From: Macrostomum lignano | Lineage: Eukaryota | Length of the DNA stretch: 64,000 bases | Assembly (NCBI GenBank): GCA_002269645.1 | Contig: NIVC01000275.1 | Coordinates: 62,001-126,000 of the forward strand | Direction of reading: 5' to 3' | Shown here: positions 53,501 through 64,000 of the stretch, one piece after another | Position numbering within the stretch: the first letter of the stretch is position 1 | Layout of the letters: each line of letters opens with the position of its first letter | Notes under the pieces: model-generated | Told to the model about the DNA's origin: nothing | The model's database searches: none | Seen by the model: the letters and a program-made list of their open reading frames with translations, nothing else | Made by a program: the position numbers and the translations under genes

Positions 53501-55067
53501 AGCTTCAGGCACCTCTAGCCGGTAGTCCTGCGATCCAGCTACATCATAGTATCCGGGTCCCAGCTTCCGCTTCTGTTCCTCTTTCTCGGCGTGCTGCTCT
53601 TTGTACAGCAGATGCGGAATCTGGCTTTGTCTGTGCACATCGTAGGCCCGCTTCCAGTTGGGACCCTGGGCTCGTGAGGCGACTCTTTTGTCGCTGAACT
53701 CGTTGTATTGGAGCACATCGTAGCTGCCTGGGCCGAGGTCCTGCTAAATTAGTCCGAGCGAGTGTTGTTTTGTTTTAAATTAAAAATAAAAAGGCGTAAA
53801 TATGCTCGTATTATAACAAAACTCACGGCGCTGATTCCACCAGGCACTTGAGTCAGAGTTCCCGGCAGTTTTCGCTTGGGATGAATTCCGGACACGTCGA
53901 ATCTGTTTATTTTACCGATTCGTTAATTCCGGATTTATTTGACGAGTAAATAATAAAAAACAAATTGAATTATAGCAACTATAACTAAAAATCGGTAGCT
54001 AATTCAGTGGTAATATAAACGTACGAGCTAGTATGGCTATAGTTCTAAGGGAGGGGTGCAAAAAATCAATCGGTTGCAACATTCAGCATTTAAAAAGTGT
54101 TTTGCTACTTTATTACTAGTACTAGCCTATTAATTCTCATGCAATGTTAATCAAGTATCAAATGATAATAGAGCTCATCAGCTAAAGCAGATTTTTTCAG
54201 ACTGATTTACTATACTCATGTGTGTAGAGTGCGCGGCTGTATGACTGGAATTTTAAAATGATATCACCTTATCAATTCAAATAGAATTGAATGTCCCGAA
54301 ACTCTCATTTCAACAAGAAACCCATCGAATTAGTTAACCTACTAATTCCAATTTTTTATTTCTCATGGGTCTTTCACTGAAGAAATAAAGATATTTGCTT
54401 GAAAGGTGTAATGAGAAATGTAGCTACTATCATTTGTGTTCGCATAGATAAAAAGAGACACTCCAGACACCTGAAAGTAAAAGTGCAGATATTAGCATTA
54501 AAAATAAGTTTTTACTTAAGACAAAAATTTTCACATCTGTCTTATGTATGATACGAGACAGATTATCGTATTATAAACAAATTATTCACAGATTTTTCGC
54601 ATTCACTGAACTTACAGGAGAAAAACTGCAACCAATCAGAATAATTTTAATCAAAAAAGTATATTTAAACAATTGTTTTGAAACATGTAAAAAAACATTG
54701 CAGTGTGCTTTGAAGTAAAATATTTTTCACAAAAAATTCTGTTTTCACCTTCACCATATTAAAAAAACATCTACGAACTTGTAAGTAACATTTTGATGCA
54801 CTTAAATTTAGTAAAAGTACACATTCATGAGAATAAAAAACTCATTAACTGGCTTAAAAACATAAAATGTAATAACACAACATTCCCTAATTTCCCTTTT
54901 AAAAGGAATTTTTAGCATTATAAATACGAAGATAACAGACTGCAGTCGTGAAGACAATGCAAAATTATGTTTTTGGTTATTTTTAGAATGAGTTTTTTTA
55001 CTTACCGTGTTGACTGAAAACCGAAAGGAGCGCCGCTATACCCCTTTTTATCTTTTTCTGAACTCAT
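50539..55067 (-). CDS. CIMAP2: LEXM/CIMAP2-like ciliary PGPGxY (SHIPPO-type) repeat protein; exons 55067-55006, 53902-53827, 53740-53513, 52833-52523, 52142-51935, 51263-51126, 50883-50756, 50668-50539
   Basis: GAPFGFQSTRFDVSGIHP, KLGPGYY, RGLLEAREPRFRG..NPGPGSYG, RGPYEVFSLDR, HGKF..DRIYW and VGPGRY match the LEXM pattern. All eight exons join in phase. Confidence 0.85.
51385..51930. repeat. 30-bp minisatellite (GGAGGCTGGGGAATCCCAGAGAGTATCACA), intronic
   Basis: Read directly. Confidence 0.95.
52235..52450. repeat. ~24-bp minisatellite (ACTGAATGTACACCATCCCTGTCCC), intronic
   Basis: Read directly. Confidence 0.88.
53065..53265. repeat. ~80-90 bp tandem duplication (TTTTATCGATTTTCTTATCA..CCCCTAACCCC), intronic
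   Basis: Two full copies and one partial copy. Confidence 0.7.
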
Positions 55068-56127
55068 ATTTTAGTTTTCCTCGTAACAGACGTGGTATTA
55101 TAATATATTATTATTTTGGTACCAGTACGGCCCACGTCTTGAATTAAATATACCAGTTCACAACGTTGTTAGGGTTAAACTTCTAAAGATAATATCATGA
55201 AAAGATGTTTTTAAAAGTTACGAAGAACTATTGACTCGTCTTACTGCATAATATATTTCTGATCAAAACACTGAAGCCGCAAAAAGTATATTTTTATATT
55301 CAATTCAGCAACTTTATATGAACTTAAGAAAGCTTTTGTCAGTAAACAGATATAGCTTGTTATAATTTGAATACTTTTATTGTAACACAACACCGGAAAA
55401 CTGTACTGCTAAAATTAATAGCTCATTTAATAGCCGTAATTAGTCAGGGTCCACTTGAAGCTCGTTTAACTCTGTGAATGGTAACCGATTTAATATATAT
55501 TTGTTACAAAGAACGCCAAGACTTCAATTTCATCTGATCTTTGATGCTTTGTATAAGAGTATATATGCTGGCAAAAAGATTGTTTTTTTAATCAAACCAA
55601 GGACCAAAAGTCTAGTCTTTGAATCATGTGACTTTAGAAGTGCTAAGCAAATAAAAGCGAGAAAGTTTTTAGACTAATGTATATCCATCAAAGGTGTCAA
55701 AAAGCCGAGCTGTTAAAAGCCCTTTGACTAAACGCATACAATTAATGGTCAATTTCGTTTCCATTCATTTATATTAGTAGGTTCTTTTCGTAAAACGGGA
55801 AAAAATTGTTGTGATAAGGTTTGCTTTTCAATTTTCATCTTTCATTTTTTGTTTCTTTTTCTACTGATTGTCGAGCTACAGTATGTACAGGCGAGATAGA
55901 AGTTTGACTCAGAAATAAAAACTCAATAAAAGGCACCAAAGGTGGGCACGTTAATTTGGTTTAAAGAGATAACAAACATAGTGCGTTCAACTATGATCGT
56001 TTGTGCAGGATTTTTATTGTCAAAAAAATTATACTGCTATGGTGCAATAGTAGACAAACGCAGTGCCAAGAAATAACCGAAGGAAAGGAAACAATGTTTT
56101 CAATCATGACTTTCCTCATGACTATCG

Positions 56128-58233
56128 CTAGTTGTCGCCTTCGACAGTTGAAGGAGCAGCAGCTTCTGCCAAGCCAAACAGCCGGCAGGTGTTGGCAAAA
56201 GCCGCCGATGCCACCTTCTCGGCTGGCTGGCCCAAGGTGGCCGCCACCACCTGCAGCACCTGCAGAATGCAAGCCGGCTCGTTTCGGCCCTTCACCATGC
56301 AGCCGGGCGACCAGCGCTCCGCTTTGCGCGACTCGAACCTCGAACTGGGAGTCACGTGACTATGACCGGCGTGGCTGGGCTTCACCTCGCACCAGGGCGC
56401 GTCCGTCTCCAGTAGCAGACGATCCAGCGGCAGGCCGGACACCACGCGGAGATTGTCGGCGGTCTTCAGGCTGCACCCGTTCAGGCCGAGATAGAACCCC
56501 ATGGCCAGCAGCTCGGCCGCGTCCTCCGCCGAGCCGTCGAAGGTGTGCACAACGCCTGGCGGCGAGGGCAGCTGGCTGGCGAATTCGGACAGCACGGCTC
56601 GGAATTCAGCGTGGCTGGCGCGGCAGTGCAGGAACAGCGGCAGGCGCAGCTGGCAGGCCAGGGACACCTGGGAGCTGGCGGGGGAGTGGCTAGCGACGTG
56701 AGAAACGCGAGCCTGATGCTTCTCTCGTGGGGTTTCAACTTGGAGACCCTGAGTAGCCCAACCTGAACAACCTGAGTAGCCCAACCAGAACAACCTGAGT
56801 AGCCCAACCAGAACAATCTAAGTAGCCGAACCTGAACAACCTGAGCAGCCCAACCCGAAGACTCTGAGCAGCTCAACCTGAAGACTCTGAGCAGCTCAAC
56901 CTGAAGACTCTGAGCAGCCCAACCTGAAGACTCTGAGCAGCCCAACCTGAAGACTCTGAGCAGCTCAACCTGAAGACTCTGAGCAGCTCAACCTGAAGAC
57001 TCTGAGCAGCCCAACCTGAAGACTCTGAGTAGCCCAACCTGAAGACTCTGAGCAGCCCAACCTGAAGACTCTGAGTAGCCCAACCTGAAGACCCAGGGAA
57101 GGCAACCTGGGAGCCCACTAAACAGTCTCTAAATACACCAAAATCACCCAGCTGGCCAAACCAACCGGAAGTGTCGCATCTGCACCTCCCTGGGTGCAAA
57201 GTGCTCCCTATCGTAGTCCAGCCCGGTCTCTCCCACGGCCGACACCAGATCCCTGTTGGCCTCCACCAGCTGCCGCAGTGAGTTCAGGTAGCCGGCCGGG
57301 TCCGACTCCATCTCTGATGACCTGTTGTTGCAGGAAATTCAACAAAAAATTAACAATTTGTTGGTACGCTAAAATCATGATCGTCAAGCTAATTTATAGA
57401 TTGCTAAGCAAGCAGGATGACTTTAGCTGGTTGCTTAGCAACAGGTATAAGAAAATCTGTATATGAACGTCTTTTAATTTCGTAACTAGGTAATTTTTTG
57501 GTTGCTAAGCAACGGTTACGACCGTAGCTTACTGCCAGTTTGGGTTGCTAAGCAACGGTTACGACCATAGCTACTGCTAGTCTGGGTTGCTAAGCAACGG
57601 TTACGACCGTAGCTACTGCCAGTCTGGGTTGCTAAGCAACGGTTACGACCATAGCTACTGCTAGTCTGGGTTGCTAAGCAACGGTTACGACCGTAGCTAC
57701 TGCCAGTCTGGGTTGCTAAGCAACGGTTACGACCGTAGCTACTGCCAGTCTGGGTTGCTAAGCAACGGTTACGACCATAGCTACTGCTAGTCTGGGTTGC
57801 TAAGCAACGGTTACGACCGTAGCTACTGCCAGTCTGGGTTGCTAAGCAACGGCTGTGGCCATTGCTAAGGCGATTTCAAGAAGTTGCTAAGGGACTTTTA
57901 TAGTTGTACCTAAGGCTCACTCTAGTTGCTAAGCAACAGTTGGCCCGACACGGACCTGGTGGGGTGACAGCCGACTGTGCAGGTCAGTCGCACCTGACGG
58001 TCCCCGCCGGCTGTCAGCTGGTCGCGGCAGAGGTGCAGCGCCGCTTTACTCTCCGACAAGCTGCCGCCGGTGACGATGATTCGCTCGACGCCGACTTCGG
58101 CCGCCCGACGCAGTACAGCGTCGAAGTCGTCCTGGTGAAGCTGGCGGCCGCGATAGACGCCGCGGAACACCGGGTCAGTCAGGTTCGCGCCGATGTCGAT
58201 GAAGCGGTACTGCGGCCGCGGCCCCGAAGCCAT
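56128..58233 (-). CDS. TATDN1: TatD-family DNase TATDN1; exons 58233-57956, 57321-57166, 56674-56128
   Basis: [67 protein letters not shown] and GRNEP motifs with phase-2 junctions. Confidence 0.93.
56750..57105. repeat. ~23-27 bp minisatellite (CAACCTGAAGACTCTGAGCAGCC), TATDN1 intron 2
   Basis: Read directly. Confidence 0.93.
57495..57852. repeat. 42-bp minisatellite carrying GTTGCTAAGCAAC in every unit, TATDN1 intron 1
   Basis: Motif starts at 57501, 57544, 57586, 57628, 57670, 57712, 57754, 57796 and 57838. Confidence 0.95.
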
Positions 58234-58271
58234 GCTGTGCAGAGCTGTGTAAGCCGAGCAGGGAATGAAGT

Positions 58272-61005
58272 GTGTGTTCAGTGACAGATTCTGTTTGTGT
58301 TCAGTGACAGATCCTGTCTGTTCAGTGACAGATTGTGTGTTCAGTGACAGATTCTGCCTGTGCTCAGTGACAGATTCTGCCTGTGCTCAGTGACAGATTC
58401 TGTCTGTGTTCAGTGACAGATTCTGTGTTCAGTGACAGATTCTGCCTGTGCTCAGTGACAGATTATGTGTTCAGTGATAGATTCTGCCTGTGTTCAGTGA
58501 CAGATTCTGCCTGTGTTCAGTGACAGATTCTGTGTTCAGTGACAGATTCTGTCTGTGTTCAGTGACAGATTCTGTGTTCAGTGATAGATTCTGCCTGTGT
58601 TCAGTGACAGATTCTGTGTTCAGTGACAGATTCTGTCTGTGTTCAGTGACAGATTCTGTGTTCAGTGACAGATTCTGTGTTCAGTGACAGATTCTGTCTG
58701 TGTTCAGTGACAGATTCTGTCTGTGTTCAGTGACAGATTCTGTGTTCAGTGACAGATTCTGTGTTCAGTGACAGAGTCTGTGTTCAGTGACAGATTCTGT
58801 CTGTGTTCAGTGACAGATTCTGTCTGTGTTCAGTGACAGATTCTGTGTTCAGTGACAGATTCTGTGTTCAGTGACAGAGTCTGTGTTCAGTGATAGATTC
58901 TGCCTGTGTTCAGTGACAGATTCTGTGTTCAGTGACAGATTCTGCCTGTGTTCAGTGACAGATTCTGTGTTCAGTGACAGATTCTGTGTTCAGTGACAGA
59001 TTCTGCCTGTGTTCAGTGACAGATTCTGTGTTCAGTGACAGATTCTGTGTTCAGTGACAGATTCTGTCTGTGTTCAGTGACAGATTCTGTCTGTGTTCAG
59101 TGACAGATTCTGTCTGTGTTCAGTGACTGACAGATTCTGTGTTCAGTGATAGATTCTGTCTGTGTTCAGTGACAGATTCTGTGTTCAGTGACAGATTCTG
59201 CCTGTGTTCAGTGACAGATTCTGTCTGTGTTCAGTGACAGATTCTGCCTGTGTTCAGTGACAGATTCTGTCAGTGTTCAGTGACAGATTTTGTGTTCAGT
59301 GATAGATTCTGTGTTCAGTGACAGATTCTGTCTGTGTTCAGTGACAAATTTTGTGTTCAGTGATAGATTCTGTGTTCAGTGACAGATTCTGTGTTCAGTG
59401 ACAGATTCTGTCTGTGTTCAGTGACAGATTTTGTGTTCAGTGACAGATTCTGTGTTCAGTGATAGATTCTGCCTGTGTTCAGTGACAGATTCTGCCTGTG
59501 TTCAGTGACAGATTCTGTGTTCAGTGACAGATTCTGTCTGTGTTCAGTGACAGATTTTGTGTTCAGTGACAGATTCTGTGTTCAGTGACAGATTCTGTCT
59601 GTGTTCAGTGACAGATTTTGTGTTCAGTGACAGATTCTGTGTTCAGTGACAGATTCTGTCTGTGTTCAGTGACAGATTTTGTGTTCAGTGACAGATTCTG
59701 TGTTCAGTGACAGATTCTGTCTGTGTTCAGTGACAGATTTTGTGTTCAGTGACAGATTCTGTGTTCAGTGACAGATTCTGTGTTCAGTGACAGATTCTGT
59801 GTTCAGTGACAGATTCTGTGTTCAGTGACAGATTTTGTGTTCAGTGACAGATTCTGTCTGTGTTCAGTGACAGATTCTGCCTGTGTTCAGTGACAGATTC
59901 TGTGTTCAGTGACAGATTCTGTCTGTGTTCAGTGACAGATTCTGCCTGTGTTCAGTGACAGATTCTGTGTTCAGTGACAGATTCTGTGTTCAGTGACAGA
60001 TTCTGTCTGTGTTCAGTGACAGATTCTGTCTGTGTTCAGTGACAGATTTTGTGTTCAGTGACAGATTCTGTCTGTGTTCAGTGACAGATTCTGTCTGTGT
60101 TCAGTGACAGATTTTGTGTTCCGTGACAGATTCTGTGTTCAGTGACAGATTCTGTGTTCAGTGACAGATTCTGTGTTCAGTGACAGATTCTGTGTTCAGT
60201 GACAGATTTTGTGTTCAGTGACAGATTCTGTCTGTGTTCAGTGACAGATTCTGTGTTCAGTGACAGATTCTGTCTGTGTTCAGTGACAGATTCTGCCTGT
60301 GTTCAGTGACAGATTCTGTGTTCAGTGACAGATTCTGTGTTCAGTGACAGATTCTGTGTTCAGTGACAGATTCTGTCTGTGTTCAGTGACAGATTCTGTC
60401 TGTGTTCAGTGACAGATTTTGTGTTCAGTGACAGATTCTGTCTGTGTTCAGTGACAGATTCTGTCTGTGTTCAGTGACAGATTTTGTGTTCCGTGACAGA
60501 TTCTGTGTTCAGTGACAGATTCTGTGTTCAGTGACAGATTCTGTGTTCAGTGACAGATTCTGTGTTCAGTGACAGATTTTGTGTTCAGTGACAGATTCTG
60601 TGTTCAGTGACAGATTCTGTGTTCAGTGACAGATTTTGTGTTCAGTGACAGATTCTGTCAGTGTTAAGTGACAGATTCTGCCTGTGTTCAGTGACAGATT
60701 CTGTGTTCAGTGACAGATTCTGCCTGTGTTCAGTGACAGATTCTGTGTTCAGTGACAGATTCTGCCTGTGTTCAGTGACAGATTCTGTCTGTGTTCAGTG
60801 ACAGATTCTGTCTGTGTTCAGTGACAGATTCTGCCTGTGTTCAGTGACAGATTCTGTCTGTGTTCAGTGACAGATTCTGTGTTCAGTGACAGATTCTGTG
60901 TTCAGTGACAGATTCTGTGTTCAGTGACAGATTCTGTGTTCAGTGACAGATTCTGTGTTCAGTGACAGATTCTGCCTGTGTTCAGTGACAGGTTCTGTCA
61001 GTGTT
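58272..61005. repeat. ~2.7 kb 19/23-bp satellite (GTGTTCAGTGACAGATTCT[GTCT])
   Basis: Read directly. Confidence 0.98.
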
Positions 61006-62049
61006 CAGTGCTGAATTCACTACCCAGAACCCAGGTTCCACTGGTACTGAAGCACGCAGGTGCACACTTACCTTCGAATTCCAAAGCAAGTTCACAACGA
61101 CCAGCTGAAGCGACAGTGAGCAGTTTAGCTAATGCTGATGCAACGATGCTCTGAGACCTAAGCTGAAACAGAATGCATTGAAGGATGCTCTGAGCGAATG
61201 TAAACACCCCCCTACCTGCCTTCTACTACACAATAAGCACTCCATTGCTACCTAGCTCAGATACAGCCTGAACTAAATTAGGCAACCCGATGAAACTCCA
61301 TTCAGTTTAACAGAAATAACAATCAACAAAGAAGCAAATCAATTGACTTGATATTTCAAAAATAATTTTTGTGACAATTGCTGGGTCAAAAAGTTCAGGT
61401 AAGCAAGCACCCTCAGTGCTTCATTTATTTAATTAATAGTAATACGAAAATCCAAGAAAAAGAAAATTAAGTGAGTACTAATTCTCGATTAAGGAAATAG
61501 CTGAAATTTAAATAGACCGAAAATATTTTTTTTACTACTACTTATTAGCAGTACTGAAAATATAATTTCAACCAACCATCCTCGTTGATGAGCACAAAAC
61601 TCAATGCTTATTAATTAATAAAAAAAGTTAATGGAAGACTAACTAAAAATACAGTATATCATTTACAGATTGTGTCATTTGATACTCGATAGTTACTAAA
61701 ATATTACTGGAGTACAAATCTATATACTCGTAACTAAGCCAATTAGCCATATTTTTACTATTGTACTCGTAATTGCATTTATAAGCGGCGAATCATGAAG
61801 CATTTAAATAATGCTGAGGCTATTTTTAGATTGGGTGTACATCTGGATAGGAAGACATGGTTACTATTTTTAGATTAAGTGTACAATGCAACATCTACAT
61901 TGGGGGAGGATGTTGCTGTTGCTATTTTTAGATTAGTGTACAATATTCATGTACACTGGGGTGAGAATGCTGTTGCTATTTTTAGATTGCAATCATTAGT
62001 CAATGATTGTCTTAAAAAGGAATAAAATTTAGGAGTACCCCCTAGTATA

Positions 62050-62323
62050 GGGGCTGTAGCGTAGTGGTTAGAGTGTCGGACTCACGACTTGAAGGTCGAA
62101 GGTTTGATTCCCGATCCCACTGGAACAATTTGTATCGTTGAGCAAGACACTTAACTCTGCATTGCTTCAGTTCACCCAGCTGTAAAATGGGTGCGTGTTG
62201 TGACTCCCCCCATCCACGGACTGAACAGCCTTCAGATGCGCCGCGCAATAGCTGCGGCTGAGCTGTCGGCTGCACACCTGGCTTTATTGGGGCCGGTGTA
62301 ATCAATTATAATTATGTTATCAT
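62050..62323 (+). mobile_element. tRNA-derived CORE-like SINE
   Basis: Same head, central domain and AT-rich tail as 48293-48606. Confidence 0.75.
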
Positions 62324-62967
62324 TAAAAAGAAGGTATACAATAGTGAACTCCCAAACGAGTATGAACAGAATAATTCGAAAATTATGAACCTGAACAACA
62401 ATTTGGCAGCATATAATCGAACGAAAGAAATTAACTAATGAAAATTTAGCATCATGCGTCATGTGGAGAGGAAATGGGTTATAAAATCGACAAGAAGGAA
62501 TAGAACAGCCAATTAGATCTGCTGGGAAGTAAAAATATTGGATACAAAAATAGCCAACAAGCAGTACCTGAAAAAATATTAAGCTTGATGTGACTCCTTC
62601 ACTAAAAAGCGCAAGTATAACTTTGACAGACATGAAAAGGAAAAACGGCTCCAAAAATCATGAAAGTACAATATGCACTTACGGGAAGAGAGCCAAGTTA
62701 GTGAGGTTAAACAAAAAAACAGGAACACCGCCTTTATACAGACAATGAATTGCATTGCATTTTTATTGGAGATAAAAATTAGATATGCACAGTTAATAAA
62801 TTAATTCATTTGCAAAGCATATTACTAGAAAAATATAATGGCAATCTCTGAACAATCAAGTAAAAAACCCATGCCCCTCGATAGATGAAAAATGAAAGTA
62901 CACAATAGCACTTTAAATAAAAATAGCACAAAAATGTTTTGACTTAGGAGAGACAAAGGAGATGAGG

Positions 62968-63138
62968 TCAGGCTTCAGACTCCTCTCTGAGCATGCCCTG
63001 CTCAATTTCGAGCTGCCTGCTGGCGAGTGCGCAGCGCAAGTCGTGAAACTTTTTACGAATATTCCGCTCGTGCTGCTGCTGCTCCAGGCTGAGGATCTGT
63101 AGGAAGTTCAGCAGCTCCGGGACGCTGAACAGATCCCA
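62968..63138 (-). CDS. Last exon (SARAH domain) of a RASSF1/3/5-like gene continuing beyond the window
   Basis: After a TTTCCTCAG acceptor, WDLFSVPELLNFLQILSLEQQQHERNIRKKF matches the RASSF SARAH motif WDAFSxPELxNFLxIL. Confidence 0.8.
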   Translation of the reverse strand, partial: WDLFSVPELLNFLQILSLEQQQHERNIRKKFHDLRCALASRQLEIEQGMLREESEA

Positions 63139-63304
63139 CTGAGGAAATTGGGATGCGATTTGCAAACTTTTGAAATCTGTACTAGAACGGTGGGCTTAAA
63201 AGACTACCAGGGAGATTTTATTTTCTGATTTGCTCCTGATAATTGTTTTCTACCGGGAAGTAACGAAAAGCACGTAATACTCGTATTTAATCAGTGTACC
63301 TTCC

Positions 63305-64000
63305 ATATGTACCTTACCCTCCGCCTACCCTTCCCTCTGTACCCTCCGCCTACCCTCCCCTCTGTACCCTCCGCCTACCCTCCCCTCTGTACCCTCCGCC
63401 TACCCTCCCCTCTGTACCCTCCCCCTACCCTCGCCTCTGTACCCTCCGCCTACCCTCCCCTCTGTACCCTCCGCCTACCCTCCCCTCTGTACCCTCCCCC
63501 TACCCTCGCCTCTGTACCCTCCGCCTACCCTCCCCTCTGTACCCTCCGCCTACCCTCCCCTCTGTACCCTCCCCCTACCCTCGCCTCTGTACCCTCCGCC
63601 TACTCTCTCCTCTGTACCCTCCGCCTACCCTCCCCTCTGTACCCTCCGCCTACCCTCCCCTCTGTACCCTCCGCCTACCCTCCCCTCTGTACCCTCCGCC
63701 TACCCTCCCCTCTGTACCCTCCGCCTACCCTCCCCTCTGTACCCTCCGCCTACCCTCTCCTCTGTACCCTCCGCCTACCCTCCCCTCTGTACCCTCCGCC
63801 TACCCTCCCCTCTGTACCCTCCCCCTACCCTCGCATCTGTACCCTCCGCCTACCCTCCCCTCTGTACCCTCCGCCTACCCTCCCCTCTGTACCCTCCGCC
63901 TACCCTCCCCTCTGTACCCTCCGCCTACCCTCTCCTCTGTACCCTCCGCCTACCCTCCCCTCTGTGACCCTTCGCCTACCCTCCCCTCCCCTCTGTACCC
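63305..64000. repeat. 24-bp C-rich minisatellite (CTCTGTACCCTCCGCCTACCCTCC)
   Basis: Read directly; it runs off the window end. Confidence 0.97.

Noticed and set aside
62050-62120. Genuine tRNA gene (also 48535-48606 and 25264-25340)
   Set aside because: The acceptor stems do not pair and the sequence continues into a shared SINE body.

Overview
Eukaryotic, intron-containing invertebrate genomic DNA. GC-rich exons, AT-rich intergenic DNA and a tandem repeat in most introns resemble a Macrostomum-type flatworm, which is an inference. I reconstructed ten genes by hand from GT/AG splice sites and reading phase. They are SYAP1-like (-), two tandem SLC16/MCT transporters (+), BTBD19-like (+), a multi-exon KY/hillarin-type transglutaminase-like gene that appears to splice on into a winged-helix plus PNP/nucleoside-phosphorylase-like module (-), a TIKI/TraB metalloprotease (-), LEXM/CIMAP2-like (-), TATDN1 (-), the SARAH exon of a RASSF gene (-) and a low-confidence orphan secreted protein (-). 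Mobile DNA includes an intact Ty3/gypsy (Mag-like) element with identical 250-bp LTRs inserted into a 71-bp satellite inside an MCT intron, an internally deleted Merlin element and a hAT-like MITE with clear TIRs and TSDs, a 5'-truncated LINE with a 13-bp TSD inside a fold-back element, and tRNA-derived CORE-like SINEs. The most interesting observations are the TGc-WH-PNP fusion, a 42-bp minisatellite that arrays RFX X-box motifs upstream of a ciliary gene, a gene-conversion tract between the MCT paralogs and a CpG-decayed domain at the left end. Exon coordinates were read by eye and are not verified by transcripts.
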